A stretch of DNA of 64,000 bases from the human T2T-CHM13v2.0 reference genome, Homo sapiens (GCF_009914755.1 NC_060934.1), one strand, 5' to 3'; shown: positions 1 through 15,957, numbered from the stretch's first letter. Translations and numbers: made by a program. The notes: generated by a model from the letters alone, not told the origin.

Positions 1-92
1 TAGTGATGGCCGGTGGTGGGGGTCTCCATGAGTGAGCAACCAAGGGCACGGGAGACAGCTGGGGCCAGGGGAACCTGAGGAGGTGTATAAAC

Positions 93-850
93 TGTATCTG
101 ATACAGAGTTCCAAAAGAAAAGTGATAAGACATTCAAATTAAGGTAATATTAGAAAAATCTATTCATAAAGGCACTCTTTCTAGAGATAACAATGTAAGG
201 GAAGCATGAGGGATAATTTGATAGCTCTGGGCTGGTAGTAGCAGAGCTGTTACCAAGTCCAGGCTGGAGGGATTTAGGGAAGAGCATAATTACTGGAATC
301 AGAAGGACATTCATGTAGAAGAGGCCACCTTAAAGGGAACAACGACCTTTGGTCAAGGGACACCACCAATCCCAGGGCAATCTCACAAAGTAGGAGTTAG
401 GGCTGGTACAGTGGCTCACACTTGATATCCCCGCACTTTGGGAGACTGAAATGGGAGGATCGCTTGAGCCCAGGAGTTCAAGACCAGCCTGGGCAATAGA
501 GTGAGACCCCATCTCTAAAAAAAAATTAAAAATTAGCCGGGCATGGTGGCTTGTGCCTGTGGTCCTAGCTACTCAGGAGGCTGAGGCAGGAGGATCTCTT
601 GAGCCTGAGAGGTAGAGGCTGCAGTGAGCCATGATCACACCACTGTACTCCAGCCTGGACGACAGAGAGCCCTGGTCTCAAAAAAAAAAATAGAAAATTT
701 AAAAAAACAACAAAAACCCCACAAAGTTTGAGGGTGAGAATTCCAACTGGAAGCCAGAGAGTAAGAGTCTACTGGGGTAGTTTCTACAGGTCAGTCTCCT
801 AGGGCTCAGAGCTGGGTGGTGAGGTGAGGAGAGGGACCTAGTATGGAGCA
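93..850. mobile_element. Old ERVL-class LTR remnant (LTR33/LTR41-like), interrupted by an Alu
   Basis: Begins TG; diverged similarity to ERVL-type LTR consensus as recalled; subfamily uncertain. Confidence 0.35.
401..690 (+). mobile_element. AluJ
   Basis: Dimeric Alu with J-type GAGCCCAGGAG motif and poly(A) tail. Confidence 0.9.
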
Positions 851-1234
851 ACTAGTCTAGGTCTTTCTCACTCCCGCCACTTTTTTTTTTAATTAAATGA
901 GAGCTGACATAGCTGTTTGCAGGGTGAGTAGGATGAGTAGGGTGGCTGGGCAAGGGAAGAGTGTCCCAGGCAAGAGAAGAAAGGTGAGCAAATGCCCAGG
1001 GGCAGGACCAAGCAAGGCAAGTTCAGGGAACATTGTCAGGGGGTTGGGAGTTGTCCTATCCACTGGAAGTTGAAGAATTAGAAGAATTACTGGTAAGTGG
1101 GTGGGGTTGTACTTTGAAGAGCCTGGAAATAAAGCAGGTCAATTTCCCTTTGGTGTGGCAGGAAAAAGGTTGCTATTAAGGTTTTGAGATGAAAGCAGAA
1201 TTAAATTATATCAGCATAGGCAAAATAATTAACT

Positions 1235-1771
<537 letters not shown>

Positions 1772-2242
1772 TCACTTACCCATTAATAAACATTGTATGG
1801 TAACAGTAACTAATTTGGGAAGCTAGTTATAAAGTTATCCCAACTCAGCCACATGTGTTTGTTTCAAGAGTGAGTTCTGGATGTCAGGTAACTGTTGAAG
1901 TTTACTCAGGGATGTAGGTATCTGTACTCCTCTGTGGGCTTATACATCCCTATGTTTGAAACAGATTAGCCCAGTAGTTTTAAAGATGATACAGAACTTG
2001 CATCACTTCAATTCTGTCATTCAATGTGGAATTTTTGTGTTTAAAATTTAAAACTGTGAAACAAAGAACAAACTGTGAGGTGATTTTTTTTTTTTTTTTG
2101 ATCTGGTAAGTACAAACTTTCATACATGAAGTATTTTAAATCTGACTTAACATCTTTAAAATTAAGATTTATTTTTCTAATTTTAATCAATACTTGTTGG
2201 TTTAAAACTGATAAATTAGTCAAGGAAATAACTGGTTTTCTT

Positions 2243-2266
2243 TGTGTGTGTGTGTGTGTGTGTGTG
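2243..2266. repeat. (TG)n microsatellite
   Basis: Read directly. Confidence 0.95.
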
Positions 2267-2348
2267 CACCAATATTAATAGTGTATGACATGAGCAACAA
2301 CCTGGTGAAGAGGGAAAATGAGTCTCTCACAATAAAGAAAGCTTTTTC

Positions 2349-3131
<783 letters not shown>

Positions 3132-3581
3132 TAAGGGAGGAGACCACCCCTCATATTGTCTTATGCCCAATTTCTGCCTCCAAAGAAAGAAGAAGTAAAA
3201 ACTAAAAGGCAGAAATGAAATCCACAGGCAAACAGCCTGCTGCCGCGCCCTGGGCCTGGTAGTTACAACCTAACCAGTTATGTTATCTATAGATTCCAGA
3301 TATTGTATTGAAAAGCATTGTAAAAATCCCTGTACTGTTCTGTTCCGATCTGATTACCGGTGCATGCAGCCCCCAGTCACATACCCCCTACTTGCTCAAT
3401 CAATCATGACCCTCTCACGCAGACCCCCTTAGAGTTGTGAGCCCTTAAAAGGGACAGGAATTGCTCACTCGAGGAGCTCGGCTCTTGAGACAGGAGTCTT
3501 GCCGATGCTCCCAGACAAATAAACCACTTCCTTCTTTAACTCTGTGTCTGAGGAGTTTGTTCTGCAGCTTGTCCTGCTACA
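3132..3581 (+). mobile_element. 5' LTR (LTR2 family)
   Basis: TAAGGGAGGAGACCACCCCTCATATTGTC...CCTGCTACA; TATA-like TTAAAA ~3445; AATAAA 3518-3523; homologous to 9001-9459. Confidence 0.93.
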
Positions 3582-3586
3582 TTTCT

Positions 3587-3604
3587 TAGTTCCCTGACTG
3601 GGAA
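3587..3604 (+). promoter_or_regulatory. Primer-binding site, tRNA-Glu type
   Basis: TAGTTCCCTGACTGGGAA versus TGGTTCCCTGACCGGGAA (complement of the tRNA-Glu 3' end), 16/18 match, just after the LTR. Confidence 0.85.
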
Positions 3605-3837
3605 GCGAGGTGATTGGCAGATGGTCGAGGCAGCTCCTTAGGCGGCTTAAGCCTGCCCTGTGGAACATCCCTGCGGGAGACTCCGACACGAGCGACGCAG
3701 ATCCTGAGAGCGCTCCCGGGTAGGCATTTGCCTGGTGGGACACCTCGCCAGAGCAGTGTGTGGCAGGCCCCCGTGGAGGATCAACTCAATGGCTGAACAC
3801 CGGGAAGGAACTGGTACTTGGAGTCCAGACATCTGAA

Positions 3838-3848
3838 ACTTGGTAAGA
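3838..3848 (+). promoter_or_regulatory. Retroviral major splice donor (HERV-E leader)
   Basis: ACTTG|GTAAGA in the leader, upstream of the degenerate gag ATG at 4227 (MGQAQ). Confidence 0.65.
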
Positions 3849-5599
3849 CTAGTCTTTGGAACTTGCCTACTCCGTTTGAGTGGAAGCGTGGCCTGATCAC
3901 ACACCTTTATTGGCACTTTGGTTTGGTTTTGGTTTTGGTTTTGACTTGGTTTGAATTGCTTGACAGGCCCGGTCTTGGGAACTTGCCCACTCCATTTGAG
4001 TGGAAGTGTGGCGTGCCTGTACCGGAACTTTGGTTTTTGTTTTTGACTTGACTTGGATTGCTTGATACTTTGGTTTTGGTTTTGAACTGGCTTGGATTTC
4101 TGGATACTCTGATTTTTTTTATTTTGGTTTGGTGTAAACTGCAAAAGTGTGTGTGTGCCCTTTTCACCTGTTCTTTGTTTTGTGGTGTGTGTGTGGTGTG
4201 AGTGTGGTGTTTTGTCTCGAAGAAGCATGGGTCAGGCACAAATAAGCCCACCCTCCTAGGAATTATGTTGAAAAATTTCAAAAAAGGATGATTTAACATT
4301 AACCACTGAAAATTCCCTTAACCCAGCAGGTTTCCTAACAGGGGATCTAAATCTTAATTACCATACAAAGGTCCAACCAAACCTAGGAGGAACTCCCTTC
4401 AGGGCAGGACGATGGATAGTTCCTCCTGGGTAATTGAAGGAAAAAAAAGCCATCTATACCAATTCTAAGTTAATTTGGACAAAACAAGGTCTTATTAATA
4501 GCAAATGATAATTAAAATCCCAAACTTAAAAGGTTTTCAACAAAAGTAAAGTTTGCTAAAAGTTAACAATGTAACATGTATTATGCTAACTTCTATTCTT
4601 GTGGCCTTGGAGTCTAGTGCACAGACATAAAAGAAGTTTGCTTTGGAAAAGAATGGTTATCATCTTCAAAAAAAAAAAAAAAAAAGGAAAAATAGGGGGG
4701 TGGAATTTATGTAAAAATAGTATTATATGGTACATTCTTGTCCTGAAATAAATTAACTGGTTGTTTAAAGAAAGAAGTATTTGTAATAAGTCAGAAAGTT
4801 GAGGCATGTCGAAGAATTGTCTGTGAAAGTCGTGAAAGAGAAAAATGTTATAAAAATAAAAAAGAATTTATGTAAGAAGTGTTGTATAATTTAAAAGTAA
4901 CTATGCCCCCTGAATGTAAAACTATTAAAAAAACCAGTTTATGTGCAAGGTGTATAAGGAAAGTAAAATATACCTTTAGTAAAAGTATTATAAGAAGGCA
5001 TAAGAATATAAATTTTTACCTACATTAAAAGGTTAAAAATATGTATATTTTGTTTTAAAGGTTTAATCAAGTTTTAAAATGTTAATTGGAAAGAAAATTC
5101 TGTGTGTAAACATTGGCTAAAGTTAACAAGGTATCATCCAGTTTTTCTGTAAACTGGACATTAAAATAAAAGCATAGCAGGTTATTCTTAAAGCACCAAC
5201 CTGCTCTTCAGCAAAAGTTATAAAAGGTTAAACAGAGTATATAAAATCTTACCTTATGCTCAAACATTAAAAATTGGATAAATATGTCTACAAGGTTTTA
5301 TTAAAATTAGGTTTAACATTAATAACACACTAATATAAAGGTAAAATTTAGCTTATCTGGTATAAAAATCAAACAAAAAGCATTGCTAAATGTAAAATGG
5401 TATTTGGCTTTCTTTGGTTTAAAAACTAATAAAAATAGGTGCTAAAGGAAATTTCTCAGTAAAAAGGCACTAAAGACTATAACGTCCACTGCCAAGGTCC
5501 CCACATTTAAAACTAAAGATCAATTTCTTAAACATTATATACTTGGTTTATCTTCCACTTTCCTTTCCCTCAAAAACTAAAAGTATTTTAGCACATGTA

Positions 5600-5850
5600 C
5601 CACCCCTAGAATTTCCGGTAAACCAGCACCAGCCTGAAGATCACGTTCTCATCAAAGGGTGGAAAGAAGAAAAACTCGAGCCAGCCTGGGAAGGACCCTA
5701 CCTTGTGCTGCTAACCACCAAGACTGCTGTTCGTACAGCAAAAAAGGATGGACTCATCACACCCGAGTCAAGAAAGCATCACCCCCTCCAGAGTCGTGGG
5801 CCATAGTCCCATGTGAAAACCCTACCAAACTAAAGCTAAGAAAAATTTAA
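5600..5850 (+). pseudogene. Integrase C-terminal remnant
   Basis: WEGPYLVLLTTKTAVR (GPY/F motif) and WTHHTRVKKA in adjacent frames; frameshifted. Confidence 0.85.
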
Positions 5851-7040
5851 CTTTTTTTTATCTATTCTATTACTCTTTCTTCTTTCCTTGTTCTATTGCT
5901 GACCATCTAGTTATTAACATAACCAAGTCAATTTTGCCTCAAACTATTGCATTTAATGCTGGCCTTGTTATACCCTGTGGGGACTTGCCAAGCCAAAGAC
6001 AGCTTTCTACCTCAGAAAAGTACCTCTGTCCCTCCTGACTCTCCTCACACTGGGCATTAGTAAACTAGGACCATTTAATCCGGGGAGATTTCGATAAAGA
6101 TCCCAGTGCCAACCAGGAGTCTTGCCCCCAATGTAGAGCTTTTATGCCGTAGTTGGTCCAACATTCTGTGGACCACTAAAGAGCAAGGATGGACTGCCCC
6201 AACCGGTTTCTGTAATTTCCTAAAATCATACATTCATTTTACTAGAGGATCATAGAAGTTAAAGACGTAAAACAAACTTTAGCAATTAAGACAGGATACC
6301 AAGATGCAAATGCCTGGTTAAAATGGATCAAATATTCCACCTGCACGTTAAACAAAAGCAATTGTTATGCTGGTGCACATGGCAGGCCAGAGGCCCTTAT
6401 TGTCCCCCTTCCACTAAGGTGGTCCTCCAGTCCACCAGGCGTAGGCTGCATGGTAGCTCTTTTCCAGGATTCTACAGCCTGGAGTAATAAGTCATGCCAG
6501 GCTTTCTCTGCTATATCCCGAAGTCTGGCACCCTGTGGGTCAGCCCCCGTGGGCCATCCAGCTTCTGTCTCCCAACACTAAGTTCACTTCATGTCTCTCA
6601 CGAGAGGGAGGAAACTTAGCATTCCTTGGAGACCTGAAGAAATGCGATGAGCTTAAGAATTTTCAAGAGCTTATCAATCAGTCAGCTCTTGTTCATCCCC
6701 GAGTGGATGTGTGGTGGTATTGTGGTGGGCCTTTACTGGGCACTCTGCCAAATAACTAGAGTGACACTTGTGCTTTAGTCCATTTGGCTATCCCTTTCAC
6801 CCTGGCATTTCATCAACCAGAGGGAGAAAAAAATAAGACACCGTAAAGCGAGAGAAGCCCCTTATGGGTCTTTCAACTCTTACATCTGTTTAGATGCAAT
6901 TGGAGCCCCGCAAGGAATACCAGATCAGTTTGAAGCTTAAAATCAAATAGCTACAGGATTTAAGTCAATATTTTAGTAGGTGACAGTTAATAAAAATGTA
7001 AATTAGATAAACTACATCTATTACAACCAACAGCAACAAG
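5850..7040 (+). pseudogene. First env remnant (HERV-I-like segment of the mosaic)
   Basis: Cys-rich SU-like pieces, VWWYCGGPLL, basic RKAR furin-like site ~6841; many stops. Confidence 0.6.
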
Positions 7041-7044
7041 CTTT

Positions 7045-7625
7045 TCATGAGTTAAAAAAAATAAAACAAACTCCTGTCGGCCCCTGCCCTGGGGCTACCT
7101 GACCTGACAAAACCCTTTACACCCTATGTGTCAGAAACAGAAAAAATGGCAGTTGGAATTTTAACCCAGACTGTGGGGCCCTGGCCAAGGCCAGTTGCCC
7201 ATCTCTCAAAACAACTAGACGGGGTTTCCAAAGGCTGCCCCCCCTCACCCCATGTCTAAGGGCCCTGGCAGCAATGGCCCTGTTAGCATAAGAAACAGAT
7301 AAACTAACCCTTAGGCAAAACCAGAATGTAAAGGCCCCCCCATGCTGTGGTAACTTTAATGACTACCAAAGGACATCATTGGTTAACAAATGCTAGATTA
7401 ACCAAGTACAAAAGTTTGCTATGTGAAAATCCCCACATAACCATTGAAGTTTGCAACACCCTAAACCCCACCACCTTGCTCCTGGTATCAGAGAGCCCAG
7501 TTGAACATAACTGTTTAGAGGTGTTGGACTCAGTTTATTCTAGCAGGCCCAACCTCCGAGACCATCCTTGAACATCAGTAGATATGAGCTGTACGTGGAC
7601 GGGAGCAGCTTTGCCAACCCCTGAA
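7045..7625 (+). pseudogene. pol (RT connection / RNase H) remnant
   Basis: [29 protein letters not shown] and YVDGSSF-type gammaretroviral motifs. Confidence 0.85.
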
Positions 7626-7700
7626 AAGTGACTCTGAAGAAGACGACAAGCCCTGCTCCAGTCACACCCGGAAGCTGACTGGTCCACGCATGGCCGAAGC

Positions 7701-8890
7701 ATGAGGAAACTCATTGCAGGACTCATTTTCCTTAAAATTTGTACTTGTACAGTAAGTACTTCAACTGACCTTCCTCAGACTGAGGGCTATTCCCGGTGCA
7801 TACATCAAGTCACTGAGGTAGGACAAAACGTTGCTATGGTCCTATTATTTTACAGTTATTATAAGTGTACTGGAACTCTAAAAAAAAAACTTGTTTGTAT
7901 AATGTTATTATATACAAGGTATGTAGCCCAGGAAATGTGTGTGTTATGACCACACATTTGTGTGTTATGACCCTGATGTGTGTTATGACCCACCTGAGCC
8001 TCCCATGACCACAGTTTTTAAAATAAGATTAAGAACTAAAGACTGGTGGGGGCTCATAAACGATACGAGTAAAATGTTAGCCAAAACAAAACAAAACCAA
8101 AAAAAAAGAGGTGTCCAAACAAGTCACCTTGAAATTTGATGCCTGTGCTGTCATTAAGAGTAATAAGTTAGAAATAGGATGTGGTTCTCTTAATTAAAAA
8201 AGAGGCTATATGGCAGAAAATAGGTACATTTATCATAAATTAGGACTGTATAAAAATAAATGTGGATACTGATCTTGTGTCATTTAGGCTACTTGGATAA
8301 AAAATAAAAAAATCCTGTCCACCTTCAGAAAGGGAAAAGTGGCCCTTCCTGTACCAGTGGTGAGTGTAACCCCTTAGAACTAGTAATAACCAACCCCCTT
8401 AATCTTCACTAGAAAAAAGAGGAACGTGTAGCCCTACAAATTGATGGGGCTGGACTGGATCTTCAAGTAAATATCGTGGTTTGAGGAGAAGTTTATAAAC
8501 GCTCTCCTGAGCCAGTATTTCAAACCTTCTATGATGAACTGAATGTGCCAATACCAGAAACTCCAGGAAAAACAAGAAATTTGTTTTTGCAATTAGCCGA
8601 GCATATAGCCTAGTCTCTCAATGTCACTTCATGTTATGTATGTAGAGGAACTGTAACAGGAGATCAATGGCCATAGGAAGGCTGAGAATTAGTACCTACA
8701 GACCCAGTTCCTGATGAATTCCTGGCTCAAAAAAATCACCCTGATAACTTCTGGGTCCAAAAAGCCTCAATCATTAGACAATACTGTATAGCAAGAGTAG
8801 GGAAGGACTTTACCCTTCCTGTGGGAAGACTCAGCTGCCTTAGGCAAAAACTGTGTAACAGTACTACAAAAACAGCCACCTAGTAGAGTT
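7701..8890 (+). pseudogene. HERV-E env SU remnant; TM deleted
   Basis: MRKLIAGLIFLK...CIHQVTEVGQ...LFYSYYKC matches the HERV-E env N-terminus as recalled; frameshifts and stops. Confidence 0.85.
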
Positions 8891-9386
8891 CACAAGTGTA
8901 CTACATGAATCACTATCCATCTGTCATGCAGGAAGACATAGTGAAAATGAAGGTGAGAACTCCCACTGACAAAATAAGTGAGAGTCTCAAAGGAGGAAAA
9001 TAAGGGAGGAGACCCCTCATATTGTCTTATGCCCAATTTCTGCCTCCAAAGAAAGAAGAAGTAAAAACTAAAAGGCAGAAATGAAATCTACAGGCAGACA
9101 GCCCAGCGCCGTGCCCTGGGTCTGGTAATTAAAGTTCAACCCCTGACTTAACCGGTTATGTTATCTACAGATTCCAGACATTGTATGGAAAAGCATTGTA
9201 AAAATCCCTGTCCTGTTCTGTTCCAATCTGATTACTGGTGCATGCAGCCCCCAGTCACGTACCCCCTGCTTGCTCAATCGATCATGACCCTCTCACACGG
9301 ACCCCCTTAGAGTTGTGAGCCCTTAAAAGGGACAGGAATTGCTCACTCAGGGAGCTCGGCTCTTGAGACAGGAGTCTTGCTGATGC

Positions 9387-10059
<673 letters not shown>

Positions 10060-10567
10060 TAGATGGCTCATTTTAAAAGGTTAATTTTTTGTACTGTTTT
10101 TGTTGGAGACTGCTTGCTAGTAAGATTTTAAAAACGGAACATGCTAGCCATGTAAGTATGGCCTGATTAAAAAACAAGAAACAGAACATGCAACTTGATA
10201 ACTGGTATTCAAATTTGATAGAAATTAAATCTTAAAGTTTGTGAACCATGAGATTGCTGAATCACATCTCCCCTGCTTAGAAAAATGGGAAACTTTGGCA
10301 ATGCAATGTAAACTCCTAAACACTATTGATAAAATCTATTAAGTCAAAATACATTAAAAACAAAAAATAGTGAGAAAGTTTGTATCATCATTTGGACTTA
10401 ATTATGTTTCTAGCCAAACAAAACTTTTCTATCTGTGGTTATAAAGCAGATATACCATCAGCAAACAAAAGAAATATTTTGATGCTGGTAGAAAGACTTA
10501 AGTTGCAATCTAGTTTGAAGGGTCATTTTCAAACTAGATTAATAAAATTAAACATATTCCTTTAGAA

Positions 10568-11100
10568 CAGTGGTCCCCAACCCTCGGACCAAGAACCAGT
10601 ACCAGTCCATGGCCTGTTAGGAGCAGGGCCATACAGCATGAGGTGAGCAGTGGGCAAGCCAGCGAAGCTTCATCTGTATTTACAGCCACTCCCATTGCTC
10701 ACTTTACCACCTGAGCTCTGCCTCCTGTCAGATCACTGGCGGCATTAGATTCTCATAGGAGCACGAACCCTATTGTAAACTGCACATGCAAAGGATCTAG
10801 GTTTCCTGCTCCCTATGAAAATCTAATGCCTGATGATCTGTCACTGTCTCCCAACACCCCCACATGGGGCCGTCTAGTTGCAGGAAAACAAGCTCAGGGA
10901 TCCCACTGATTCTACATTATGGTGAGTTGTATAATTATTTCGTTACATATTACAATGTAATAATAATAGAAATAAAAGTGCCCGATAAATGTAGTGAGCT
11001 TGAGTCATCCCGAAACAATCCCCACCACCTACCCCCATTCATGGAAAAATTGTCTTCCACAAAACCAGTCCCTGGTGTCAAAAAAGGTTGGTGACTGCTG
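10568..11100 (+). mobile_element. MER1A (hAT-Charlie non-autonomous DNA transposon)
   Basis: CAGTGGTCCCCAACC...GGTTGGTGACTGCTG termini, 533 bp, perfect 8-bp TSD CTTTAGAA (10560-10567 / 11101-11108). Confidence 0.92.
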
Positions 11101-11327
11101 CTTTAGAAGATGGTTTTATTCAGTACGTATTTCCAAAAAAATTTAGAATTCATTCATTCATTTTTTGGGAAATTGCATTAAAATAGCGGTAAATGTTAAA
11201 AAAAGCAAAATCGTAGTCTTTTTGGTGGAACTCCTAATATTTCATACAGTTATTAAATATTTGAAGTGACCAAATGTGTTCATATTAAAGATGACCATAT
11301 TAAAATAATCATTTTGGGGCATCTTCC

Positions 11328-13673
11328 TTTTTTTTTTTTTTAGACCGAGTCTCACTCTGTCACCCAGGCTGGAGTGCAATAGTGTGATCTCTGTTCACTG
11401 CAACCTCTGCCTATCAGGTTGAAGCAATTCTTCTGCCTCAGCCTCCTGAGTAGCTGGGATTATAGGCATGCACCACACCTCCCGGCTAATTTTTGTATTT
11501 TTAGTAGAGATGGGGTTTCACCATGTTGACCAGGCTGGTCTTGAAATCCTGACCTCAGGTGATCCACCCGCCTCAGCCTCCCAAAGTGCTGGAATTACAG
11601 GCGTGAGCCCAGCCTGACATCTTCCCTATTTCTGAGAAGATGGGTGCTGAATGCATCAAACATTTATCGGGACAATTGGATATGGATGGACCAAATATAA
11701 ACCTCTGCTGTGGTCAAGGAAATGACAGCACCACTACTATGCCCGGCGTTCATGGTAGTGTTTACCAAAGATCAAAGGAACTGATCAATCTTTTCTTGTG
11801 CTTTCTGCAAGTTATTCTCGGAAACTTTTCAGAGTTTACTGTTTTTTTGTTTGTTTGTTTTTTGTTTTGTTTTGTTTTGTTTTTTGAGACGGAGTCTTGC
11901 TCTGTCGCCAGGCTGGAGTGCAGGCCGGATTGCACCATTGCACTCCATCCTGGCTGACAAAGCAAGACCCTGTCTCAAAAATAAATAAACGATCAAAAAA
12001 AAAAAAACCCAAAACAAACAAATAAAGAAAAAATAAAATGTGAAAAAAGAAAAGGAAATTAAATTTTGAAGAAGAATAATATAGAGAAATGATAATAGAT
12101 GTGGGCTTACATTGCCAGAAGAAACTCAAAGGGCATTGTTTGAATGCCCTATTTTTTTTTTCCAAGAGCTGGACACTTGTCCTAAAGAAGTAGATCAAAT
12201 AATAACAACGTTTACTCTCATTCTCTCTTTTATTTTTTTTTTTGAGATGGAGTTTTGCTCTTGTTACTCAGGCTGGAGTGCAGTGGTTCAATCTTACTGC
12301 AGCCTCCACCTCCCAGGTTCAAGCAATTCTCCTGCCTCAGCCTCCCGAGTAGCTGGAGGCACCAAGTAGGTGCTTGCTACCACGCCCGGCTAATTTTTTG
12401 TAGTTTTAGTAGAGGTAGGGTTTCACCATGTTGGCCAGGGTGGTCTCGATCTCCTGACCTCAAGTGATCCCCCTGCCTCAGCCTCCTGAAGTGCTGGGAT
12501 TACAGACGTGAGCCACCGCGCCCAGCCCTGCCTTTGTTTTACTTGATTTTTGTAGAATAATTTTGGAAGTTTTTTTTTTTTAAACATGGAAGAAATCCAT
12601 GATGAGCTTTCTAGCAAAGATATTTGGAAAATAATGGAAGATTTTGAATGTGAATACTTTTGAAAACTGCTGGGATTGGAATCAGTTTCAAAGAAATAAA
12701 AATATAAACAGTATTACAATTCTGGAATTTTTTGTAAAATGGGACTTAATGTGAATCTCTGCTAAACTATGTCCCTTTCTTAGCTATTTGTATGTCTGTC
12801 GTCTCATATGAAAAACCCTTTTAAAATTAAAATTAATAAGAACTGTTGCAATGATCAACGATGAGTGAGGAAAGATGGGCAAATCTGAGTGTAGTAGCTG
12901 TTGGACATGAATATGCAAAGACCAGTTTTTACCAAGTCATTGACAGTTTTGCAGGAGTTACAGCTGGAAAAGAGAAACCAATGTATTATTCTTTGCTATA
13001 GCTGATAAATATATATAGATAGTTTTTTGTCTTTAAAAATACATTCATGTAATTAAAAATATTAATCATTTTTTAAAATTAAAAAAAATTTATAGACAGG
13101 ATCTCACTATGTTACCTAGGCTGGTCTCAAACTCCTGGGTTCAGACAATCCTCCCACCTTGGCCTCCCAGAGGAGCTGGGATTACAGACATGAGCCACTG
13201 AGCCCAGCTCCAGAAACTAATTTACTATTTTTTACTACAACATATATACGTTTTTTGTGTGTATATATATACATATATATATATATTTTACCACACACAC
13301 ACATATGTGTGTGTATGTGTGTGTGTGTATATGTATACATATCTTCATATAGTTTTTCTTCTTTTAAAAATACAGTAATGGACCTGGCACGGTGGCTCAT
13401 GTCTGTAATCCTAGCACTCTGGGAGGCCGAGGCGGGCGGATCACCTGAGGTCAGGAGTTTAAGACCCGCCTGGCCAATATAGTGAAACCCTGTCTCTACT
13501 AAAATTAGCCAGACGTGGTGGTGCATGCCTGTAGTCCCAGCTACTCAGGAGACTGAAGCAGGAGAATCACTTGAACCCAGGAGTCAGAGGTTGCAGTGAG
13601 CTGAAATTGCACCACTGCACTCCAGCCTGGGTGACAGAGCAAGACGCCATCTCAAAAAAAAAAAAAAAAAAAA
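11328..13673. mobile_element. Alu cluster: 11328-11614 (-), fused ends 11841-12010, 12227-12526 (-), FLAM 13086-13208 (-), 13381-13673 (+); TA/CA/TG repeats at 13259-13340
   Basis: Alu consensus segments read directly. Confidence 0.88.
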
Positions 13674-14083
13674 TTAACCATTAATGTAACTTAAAATATT
13701 AATCATTTACCATTTTCTTGTTTGTACTATAATATTTATTTCAATTTTTGGTTTTTTACTGTCATGCTTATATATTTGAAGTTCAATAAAAGAAAAATTT
13801 CAAAGTCTTTGCTTCTTTTCTGGCCATAACTATTATTTATTTTGCTTCACAACTATGACTAAAAATAATTTTGTCATGTAGAGGAAGGGGGTATTAAGGA
13901 AGGATCTGCTCCAGGGGTTATGTTAGGTATGCCACTGTGATAGAATCTTCTTTGTAAGTTGTGCAAAGAGAGGCTTTTTTTGTTAAGGTATTCAGAAAAT
14001 TGAATAACTTCTTACTTCTTGATCAAGATTTGAACTTAGGGCTTGCACTTTGCTCCTACTTCAGTTTATCCAGATCTTGATAG

Positions 14084-14930
<847 letters not shown>

Positions 14931-15957
14931 TGATAAATATTTCCTGAACAAATGAGTGAATAAATGAGTGAATGGAGGACTCTATTATCTGGCAGTACAC
15001 CCCTTCTGCATAATGGAATGTGTGAATTATTAATAGGACTTCAAGATAATGTAAAAATATACCAGGAAGGCACCAAGGATGAGACAGATCATTAGTGTAA
15101 GATTTCTGGAAGATTTATAAACTTTGGCATGGGTTTTAATATCTTGGTTGTACACAGCCTAGTTAGCGAGAAATTAAGAACCATGAAAACAAGGTGTTTC
15201 CTTAATGAATAAAATTTAATTTCAGAGGAAGCTAAGTGGTCAGGAAAATGACAAAATAACAAGAGGGGTTGCAGTAAGTAGAAAACAACACACAGAAAGG
15301 AGGGACACCACCTTAGCTAAGTAGTTATAGAGCATCCAGCACACGTTCTGGCTCCTTGACAACCAAACTGGAGAAATGCAATTTGTGATTTATGATACTG
15401 GTGTGAGGGTGAATTGAATGTTTAGTACAAATTTCTAATTGAGGATCCATCACGTCTGCCCTAAAATAGCCCAGCTGCTTAAGAAGGGTGGTATTTGCTT
15501 CCTTCCTCTTCTACACTCACTGATGGTAATTAACAGCTGAGCTGGGATAACTAAAAAAAGGGCTGAGAGAAAGAGGAAGGGTTTGAAAACGCTTGGTGTG
15601 AGTTCTCAGTACGTTTTCAGTAAGTGTGTGCACTCTCCGTTTCTCACCATAGTGTCTCCCACCAAGGCTCCCGACTCCTTGCAGAAACACATGCCATCCA
15701 GTCCCCAGAGCTTCTCTTCCTGGTGTGAAATGCACTGTCTAGGTGTTTCTCACGCCATTCCATGTGCTCCAGTGGAAGTTTGGTGGTGGATGTGAGTAGA
15801 TAAATGTCAGTCATGTCCAGCTGGGGCCTGGTATTTCCATGCAATTCCTAAGAAGCCCAGCGAAATAGATCAGTTTGGGACTAGATTGGAGGCAAGAAAC
15901 AGGAATTAGAATTGGAGCAAAGACAAGATATGGTTCATTACATAGAAGAGGCATTCA

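Larger units (their letters stand above)
10060..13937 (+). mobile_element. Decayed hAT DNA transposon with transposase remnant (Tip100/Zaphod-like), fragmented by MER1A and Alus
   Basis: ~12770-12920 reads as a degenerate hAT C-terminal dimerisation motif (..KLKLI....STMSEER..NLS); ends in TIR-like TATGCCACTG; 5' boundary unclear. Confidence 0.6.

Noticed and set aside
3647-4299. 193-aa and 130-aa minus-strand ORFs and the ~125-bp internal repeat in the proviral leader
   Set aside because: Antisense of a GT-rich leader; the repeat appears to be part of the HERV-E leader rather than locus-specific
7701-8890. Possible co-opted env (syncytin- or suppressyn-like)
   Set aside because: Frameshift after ~60 codons, many stops, TM absent
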